The translations under genes and the position numbers were made by a program. A DNA stretch of 40,529 bases from Conidiobolus incongruus B7586 (lineage: Eukaryota): positions 1 to 40,529 of the forward strand of contig JNEM01008406.1 of assembly GCA_000697335.1 (NCBI GenBank). The letters run 5' to 3'. The number at the start of each line of letters is the position of its first letter. Positions within the stretch are counted from its first letter, which is position 1. This document shows, in pieces, positions 38,083 to 40,529 of this stretch. The notes under the pieces were generated by a model, which was not told where the DNA came from, did no database searches, and was given only the letters and a program-made list of their open reading frames with translations.

Positions 38083-40365
38083 TTATCACGAATCTATAGA
38101 TATTCAATATAGAATCTTTGTTATTTCTAAGATTATTCAATATTATATAAATAACTATTCAATAAAAATTTATATTACAGTTATAGCTAATCTTCATGTA
38201 TATTATACTTATTTTAGAATTGATTAACAGTCATAAAATTAGATTAGAAAATAAATTCACATTGAGAAAATTTTTCTGGAGTGGATATAATCTAATCATC
38301 AGTTTTCGGAACATATTGAAATCTTTGTTAATGTTTAAATCACTGGTAATAATTTACACAATTGAGATAATAGTTTAATGTATTTTTCTAAATTTTTATA
38401 ATTGAATTGAATTGAATATTATTTATGATTCATAATTAGTTTGATATTAAAATTAATGATAATCATATTACTTTAATTCTTTAAGCTATTTTTAATTAAA
38501 TAATTTTTAATTACTTCCAAGATTTAGATAATTTATAAATTTTAATTTTCTATATTAAAAATCAGAGACTTGACATTTTAAAATTAAAAGAATATCTTCA
38601 ATTCTTTGTAATAAAATTATTAGAGTTATCTATACATATAAATTATTTGATGGTTTCAATATTCTTAGAATATACAAGTTGTTATAAATGCATCTTTGTT
38701 AATCTGAATCACAATTAAATTTAATTGATATAAATAAACGAGATATATATTCAAAATTGATTATTATTTTAAAAATTCAAATTTTAATAATTACTATTGC
38801 CATGATATTTTTTTATATTTTACCAATACAATAAGTCTCAAGTTATTATACATTTATCGATGATCCCGAATAGTGTCAGAAGGTATACAGTTACGACATA
38901 GAAACCAACGAAGAGAAATATAAACAGTATTTTCTTGAATTCTGACTATAATTATGGCATAATAGAGTTCCCAGTTGTCACATTTGAAATTTTTTAGCTA
39001 AAGTCCATTGAGTGGTAAATCTATTGAAATTTTATAATTTATTAGGATCATATGAAAAATTATTGATATTAATAAGATTAAAATATTTTATTAATATAAA
39101 TTATTATTTGGTTTATTGTTCATATAAAAGACTGTTAATACGTTCTGTAATCCATTATTTGCATTTTTTTTTCAAAATTCCTCTCCATTATATATATAAA
39201 ATATTTGATAAATTGATAAATTAGATCATTTAAGAAATATTTGGAGTTTAAAATAAAAATGGCAATAGCAAGCTGCTACCAATTAGGTGCATATATTGAT
39301 AGATGTAAATTAAATATCTACTATTACAATTATCAATTATATTCAATTTAATATTCTATCAAAATTTTAATACATTTTAAACAATAATGAATTTAATTTT
39401 GTAGTTCTGAATATTAAGTAACCATTCTTATTGCCATTTCAATAGATATTGACAAAATATTCATTTTAAGATTATACATTTCAAATATATGAATTCACAG
39501 ATTATCAATTCATAAGACTAAAATTCACGAAAACCAATAAAGGGAATCTTTACTATGAAATTTACAACTAAACTCACATCAGATGTGATGAATTAGAATC
39601 AAAGATTACAGTGATTCTTCAATTGAAATATTCAATATTTATACTACTAAAAAATATAATTCATTAGCTTTAAATTATAGTCAGATATTACAAAGTGTTT
39701 TAAAATTGCACAATTCTTTATTTCATTACAAAATGTTTTTGAGATTTGAATTAATTTGATGTCTAAAAATTAACTTATTAATTAGAATATATACTGGTTT
39801 TAAAATAAATTAAAATCAAAATTACTTATTTATACCTGGTACTGCTATTTACCACATTTGACATGATTAATTATTTTTATCATATTCAAATCTAATTGAA
39901 TTCATATCAGTTCATTAAAATTCCAATGTTTTTCTCTCTTGATAATATTAGGAAATCTATATATTATTATAATATTTTAATTATTCATTCCAAATACAAA
40001 GAATAAAATCGCTAATGGAGTATATGCAAAAAATTGTTAAATGTTTTAGTTATGAATAACTACAAATATATTAACACGGATAAAAACATAAATGTAATTG
40101 TAATATTTTCATAAAGTGATTAGATGAAACCAATGAATTGTGAATAGTAATATCAATTATAATTTATATGATATTGTTTTGCCTTAACTAGTAGTGTGAA
40201 TAAAATAAGTTCATTGATACAAATTATTTGAAAATTTCAAATTGAAAAACTTTCAATTTACCACAATTTAACCAATGATGAAAATCCCATAATAACAGAA
40301 AAAAATAATAAATACCAAAATGACAAGCAGTGGAGTCAGAAAAACAAGTCAATTATCAGCAATCC

Positions 40366-40529
40366 ATGGATTCAATAGATGATCAACTGCAGCAATTGCT
40401 CAAAGACCCTTTGCTGCATGATATATCACCCAATGTCACACTGAACCAGGTCAAACACTTGATCCAGCTCGAGAAGGGCAATTTCATCAAACTCACATTG
40501 TTAAGAGGCCCTCTGGAAAGTATTGGTAT
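40366..40529 (+). CDS. SNRNP25: Probable U11/U12 snRNP 25 kDa protein (ubiquitin-like), 5' part only; runs off the window
   Basis: MDSIDDQLQQLLKDPLLHDISPNVTLNQVKHLIQLEKGNFIKLTLLRG aligns without gaps to the recalled human SNRNP25 N-terminus MDVFQEGLAMVVQDPLLCDLPIQVTLEEVNSQIALEYGQAMTVRV (DPLLxD..VTL..V..I.LExG). It is absent from the ORF track because it is truncated by the window edge. Confidence 0.75.
   Translation, partial: MDSIDDQLQQLLKDPLLHDISPNVTLNQVKHLIQLEKGNFIKLTLLRGPLESIG

Overview
AT-rich eukaryotic genomic DNA with many short (about 45-75 nt) GT-AG introns. The gene content is fungal (Zn2Cys6 factor, SH3-WW-RasGEF). An early-diverging lineage such as Zoopagomycota or Mucoromycota is an inference from composition and gene types, not established. 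Intact genes: TRM61/GCD14 (8 exons, -), an intronless Zn2Cys6 transcription factor (-), a 14-exon DEK-C/HIRIP3-like histone chaperone with a duplicated core domain (+), elongator tRNA-Met (-), a Cdc25-type RasGEF (-), a tomosyn/Sro7 protein (+), RBA50/RPAP1 (+) and ADE13 (+). The window ends in the 5' part of a probable SNRNP25 (U11/U12 minor-spliceosome 25K) gene. Decayed elements: an A-T-R NRPS-like reductase pseudogene, an intron-retaining MetAP1 pseudogene and a transition-riddled ~407 bp tandem duplication at the left end. The most striking non-genic signal is a 301 bp TG...CA solo LTR with a perfect 5 bp target-site duplication, 10 bp upstream of the tRNA-Met. This suggests a Ty3/DGLT-A-like, tRNA-gene-targeting retrotransposon family in this lineage. 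All gene models were spliced and translated by hand; no database searches were run.
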